From Eubacteriales bacterium (GTDB lineage: Bacteria; Bacillota; Clostridia; Oscillospirales; QAKW01), in contig JAZTXG010000012.1 in the NCBI GenBank assembly GCA_045636365.1, forward strand, positions 6,559 through 70,558: DNA of 64,000 bases, written 5' to 3'. Made by a program: the position numbers and the translations under genes. Positions 61,105-64,000 of the stretch are shown one piece after another (the stretch's first letter is position 1; each line of letters begins with the position of its first letter). The notes under the pieces were generated by a model. That model searched no databases and had not been told where the DNA came from. It saw only the letters and a program-made list of their open reading frames with translations.

Positions 61105-62270
61105 AAACCAACATTAAAAATCTGATAATCTTCGTCTGCATCTGCACCATCATCACCCTGCTGCTGGCAGCCACGAATTTTATCACCGCTCCTATCGTTG
61201 AGAAAAACCAAGCCGCTTCCGCCAATAAGGCATTGCTGGAAGTGTTCCCCGATGGCAACGGCTTTGAAGCGATGGACCTTTCCACCTTTGAGCTGCCCGC
61301 CACCGTCACCGAAGTCTATAAAGAATCCGACGCCAAAGGCTATGTGGTCAAATTGGTCACCACAGGCTACGGCTCCGATATGGTCATTATGTGCGGCGTG
61401 GATACCGCAGGGATGGTCACCGGTGCGGTCTGCTTATCCTCCAACGAGACCTTGAGCAAGGAAAAAACCTACGGCGCAAACTTTGCCGAAAAGGATGCCG
61501 CAGGGGTGGAGGCTGTGGAAATCATCAGCGGCGCCACCAAAACCACCGAAGCTTATAAGAATGCGGTCAAGGATGCCCTCAATACCGCCACCATTCTGGG
61601 CGGCGGCTCGGTAGACCTCCGCTCCGAAGAAGAAATTTTGGCCGATAATCTGAACGCTGCCCTGCCCGACGGCAATAAAGACTTTGAACCATGGTTCCAA
61701 GTTGAAAAGCTGGAGGGCATCGATGCGGTCTATGCGGCGAAAAACGGCGCGGGCTATGTCTTCACCGTCGGCGAGCAGTTCATCGGTGTCAAATCCGACG
61801 GCACAGTGGTCAGCGACGGAGTGACCGACCCCTCTCTCTTTACCGATGCGGCGGCAACGGTAAAAAATTCCGCTGTTGAAGAAATCACTGTTCCTGCCGA
61901 GCTGGAAGCCACCGTTACCAAGATTCAAAAGACCGCCAGCGGGAATTATATCATCGACGCCAAGGGTGCCGGCTACGGCATCAAGGGCGGCAGCGAATGG
62001 CATCCTGCGTCCAATGAATATATCATTGTTCGGGTCTGCATCAGCCCCGAAAATGAGATCCTCGATTGCCTGACTGTTTCCCAAGCGGAGACGCAAGGCA
62101 TCGGCGATGTCTGCGCCGAAGAAAGTTTCTACGGTCAGTTTGCAGGCAAGAATAATGAAAACTATAAAGAAATCGACGGCATCAGCGGCGCGACCATCAC
62201 CACCGACGGCTATACGCAAGCCATCGAACGCGCCTATGCGGCGGTCGACACTCTGAAAGGAGGAGCATAA
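61095..62270 (+). CDS. rnfG: Rnf complex subunit G, an unusually long form with two FMN_bind-like domains.
   Basis: A 391-aa ORF with an N-terminal TM anchor. It has two SGAT motifs, EIISGATKTTEAYKNAV and EIDGISGATITTDGYTQAI. The alternative start at 61101 (MKTN) is possible. Confidence 0.8.
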   Translation: MFMKTNIKNLIIFVCICTIITLLLAATNFITAPIVEKNQAASANKALLEVFPDGNGFEAMDLSTFELPATVTEVYKESDAKGYVVKLVTTGYGSDMVIMCGVDTAGMVTGAVCLSSNETLSKEKTYGANFAEKDAAGVEAVEIISGATKTTEAYKNAVKDALNTATILGGGSVDLRSEEEILADNLNAALPDGNKDFEPWFQVEKLEGIDAVYAAKNGAGYVFTVGEQFIGVKSDGTVVSDGVTDPSLFTDAAATVKNSAVEEITVPAELEATVTKIQKTASGNYIIDAKGAGYGIKGGSEWHPASNEYIIVRVCISPENEILDCLTVSQAETQGIGDVCAEESFYGQFAGKNNENYKEIDGISGATITTDGYTQAIERAYAAVDTLKGGA

Positions 62271-62272
62271 AT

Positions 62273-62962
62273 ATGAAACAAAAATCCTCCCTTTCCGTTC
62301 TGCTGAACGGAATTATTAAAGAAAACCCTGTTCTGGTTCTGATTTTGGGAACCTGCCCCACCTTGGCGACCACCAACACCGTCGACGGTGCCTTTGGTAT
62401 GGGTATTGCCGCCATGGTTGTCTTGCTTTGCTCCAATGTGTTTATCTCTCTGCTGCGCAAGGTGATTCCCGAGACCATGCGGATTCCCTGCTATATTGTC
62501 ATCATCGCAGGATTTGTCACCATTGTCAAAATGCTGGTGCAGGCCTATCTGCCCGCGCTTTATGAGACCTTGGGTGTCTATCTGGACCTCATCACCGTCA
62601 ACTGCATCATTTTGGGGCGCGCTGAAATGTTTGCCAATAAAAATGCAGTGGTCGCCTCCGCGCTGGACGGCATCGGGATGGGCCTCGGGTTCACCCTCGC
62701 GCTGACGGTGATGGCCACCATCCGCGAGGTCTTTGGCGCCGCTTCCTTTGCGGGCATCGCCATCCCCTTTATGCAAGACTTTAAGATCGAATTTTTGACC
62801 AAGGCCCCCGGCGGTCTGCTGGTCTATGGCTTGATGATCGCGCTGATTTACGCGGTCACCCACGGCAAGGCGCCGCTCAAGCAGTCCTTCTCCTGCGAAG
62901 GCTGCCCCCACGCAAGCACCTGCCGCCCCCAAGATTGCCAACTGGAAGGAGCTGAAAAATAA
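62273..62962 (+). CDS. rnfE: Rnf complex subunit E.
   Basis: A 229-aa ORF. Motifs: NPVLVLILGTCPTLATT and LITVNCIILGRAE. Confidence 0.85.
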   Translation: MKQKSSLSVLLNGIIKENPVLVLILGTCPTLATTNTVDGAFGMGIAAMVVLLCSNVFISLLRKVIPETMRIPCYIVIIAGFVTIVKMLVQAYLPALYETLGVYLDLITVNCIILGRAEMFANKNAVVASALDGIGMGLGFTLALTVMATIREVFGAASFAGIAIPFMQDFKIEFLTKAPGGLLVYGLMIALIYAVTHGKAPLKQSFSCEGCPHASTCRPQDCQLEGAEK

Positions 62963-63561
62963 TGGAATCTTTCAAACTTTTAATGATTATCCTGCTTTCT
63001 TCCGTTCTGGTCGATAACTATGTTCTCAGCCGCTTTTTGGGCATCTGCCCCTTCTTGGGCGTTTCTAAAAAATTGGACCAAGCCACCGGAATGGGTATGG
63101 CGGTCACCGCGGTGATGCTGATTGCCACCGCTGTGACTTGGCCGATCCAATATCTGATTCTCAACCCCTTGAATTTGGGCTATCTGCAAAACATTCTCTT
63201 CATCCTGATCATCGCATCGCTGGTGCAGATGCTGGAGCTGCTGCTCAAAAAGTTCTCGCCTGCGCTCTATAACGGGCTGGGTGTGTATCTCCCGCTCATC
63301 ACCACCAACTGCGCGGTGCTGGGTGTGACCATCAACAACATCAACGACGGATACAGCTTTATCGAATCGATGGTAAGCTCGCTGGGCTGCGGTTTGGGCT
63401 TCCTTTTGGCGATGGTGCTCTTTTCGGGGCTGCGCTCCCGCATCAACGATGCCAATATCCCCGCCCCCTTTAAAGGGCTGGGCGCCACCCTCATCGCTGC
63501 ATCCTTCATTTCGCTGGCCTTTATGGGCTTTAGCGGAATTGTTGAAAATATTTTTGCTTAA
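62962..63561 (+). CDS. rnfA: Rnf complex subunit A.
   Basis: A 199-aa ORF. Motifs: NYVLSRFLGICPFLGVS and LPLITTNCAVLG. Confidence 0.85.
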   Translation: MESFKLLMIILLSSVLVDNYVLSRFLGICPFLGVSKKLDQATGMGMAVTAVMLIATAVTWPIQYLILNPLNLGYLQNILFILIIASLVQMLELLLKKFSPALYNGLGVYLPLITTNCAVLGVTINNINDGYSFIESMVSSLGCGLGFLLAMVLFSGLRSRINDANIPAPFKGLGATLIAASFISLAFMGFSGIVENIFA

Positions 63562-63573
63562 GGAGGGCAGAGC

Positions 63574-64000
63574 ATGGATATCTTAATTGCAATTTCTATT
63601 GTTTTCGGCATCGCCATCGTTGTCGGCGTGCTGCTGCTTCTGTTCTCTCATTTCTTTAGGGTAGAGGTCGACCCCAAGGCGGTGGAAGTCCGCGCCCAGC
63701 TGCCCGGCATCAACTGCGGTGCCTGCGGCTATAAAGGGTGCGACGATTATGCCGCCGCGGTGGCGGCAGGCTCTGCCAAGCCCAACCTTTGCATCCCCGG
63801 CGCCCAAGCGGTTGCCGAGGAGATCGGCAAGATTATGGGTATGGAAGTGGAGCAGTTTGAACATAAAGTCGCCTATACCGCCTGCAACGGTCACTGCAAC
63901 GCCACCGACCATATCGCGGAATACGACGGAATTCAAACCTGCTATGCCGCATCGATGCTCTATGGCGGGACCAATTCCTGCCGCTTTGGCTGCTTGGGCT
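63574..64000 (+). CDS. rnfB: Rnf complex subunit B (ferredoxin-like); the 3-prime end is cut by the window edge.
   Basis: Not in the ORF track. AAGGAGGgcagagcATG places the start at 63574. Hand translation gives MDILIAISIVFGIAIVVGVLLLLFSHFF...LPGINCGACGYKGCDDYAAAV...CIPG. The listed minus ORF 63583..63936 is its antisense shadow. Confidence 0.85.
   Translation, partial: MDILIAISIVFGIAIVVGVLLLLFSHFFRVEVDPKAVEVRAQLPGINCGACGYKGCDDYAAAVAAGSAKPNLCIPGAQAVAEEIGKIMGMEVEQFEHKVAYTACNGHCNATDHIAEYDGIQTCYAASMLYGGTNSCRFGCLG

Overview
This 64-kb window comes from a moderately GC-rich Clostridia-type Firmicute, judging by SpoVT, an RnfCDGEAB operon, GTP-type PEPCK and GGAGG-type ribosome-binding sites. I found no transposase, integrase, CRISPR array or obvious defence genes. 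The content falls into seven blocks. (1) 1-11.3 kb, minus strand: an accessory cluster of secreted, non-enzymatic surface proteins. It includes an edge-truncated protein of at least 1466 aa with about ten tandem cohesin-like modules, which the ORF track omits. It also has three proteins sharing an unassigned C-terminal domain of about 130 aa, two paralogous single-pass membrane proteins, and a Pro/Glu/Asp-rich protein with a sortase-signal-like tail. (2) 11.5-18.5 kb: housekeeping genes, namely murA (catalytic Cys codon reads Trp), a PrsA-like lipoprotein, rlmD, a PflX-type radical SAM gene, ymdB, tRNA-Leu(UAA) and gpsA. (3) 18.5-37.9 kb: a Wzx/Wzy polysaccharide locus whose gene content parallels S. 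aureus cap5/cap8 (CapD/P/M/N/L plus CapE/F/G = FnlABC). It carries an AT-rich centre with two polymerase-like genes and a flippase, and a LicD / LicC-LicA / symporter module suggesting a phosphocholine-type decoration. (4) 38-47 kb: miscellaneous genes, namely an AAE-type transporter, an M20 peptidase, an esterase, an acyltransferase-3, spoVT, a LysM-G5-M23 peptidase, a DUF362 Fe-S protein and a 2-hydroxyacid dehydrogenase. (5) 47.2-52.5 kb: a 1764-aa secreted protein with three large GLUG/beta-helix-like modules, a Cys/His-rich segment and a C-terminal type-I-like dockerin. (6) pck, rsmA-lexA-lipoprotein and DUF1385-prmC. (7) rnfCDGEA plus an edge-truncated rnfB, also missing from the ORF track. 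The most interesting signal is a candidate non-cellulolytic cohesin-dockerin surface assembly. Its three main transcription units share a nearly identical 36-nt element placed at exactly the same distance upstream of a TATAAT box. Several intergenic regions also carry arrays of covarying mini-hairpins. All family assignments come from reading motifs by eye; no database search was possible.
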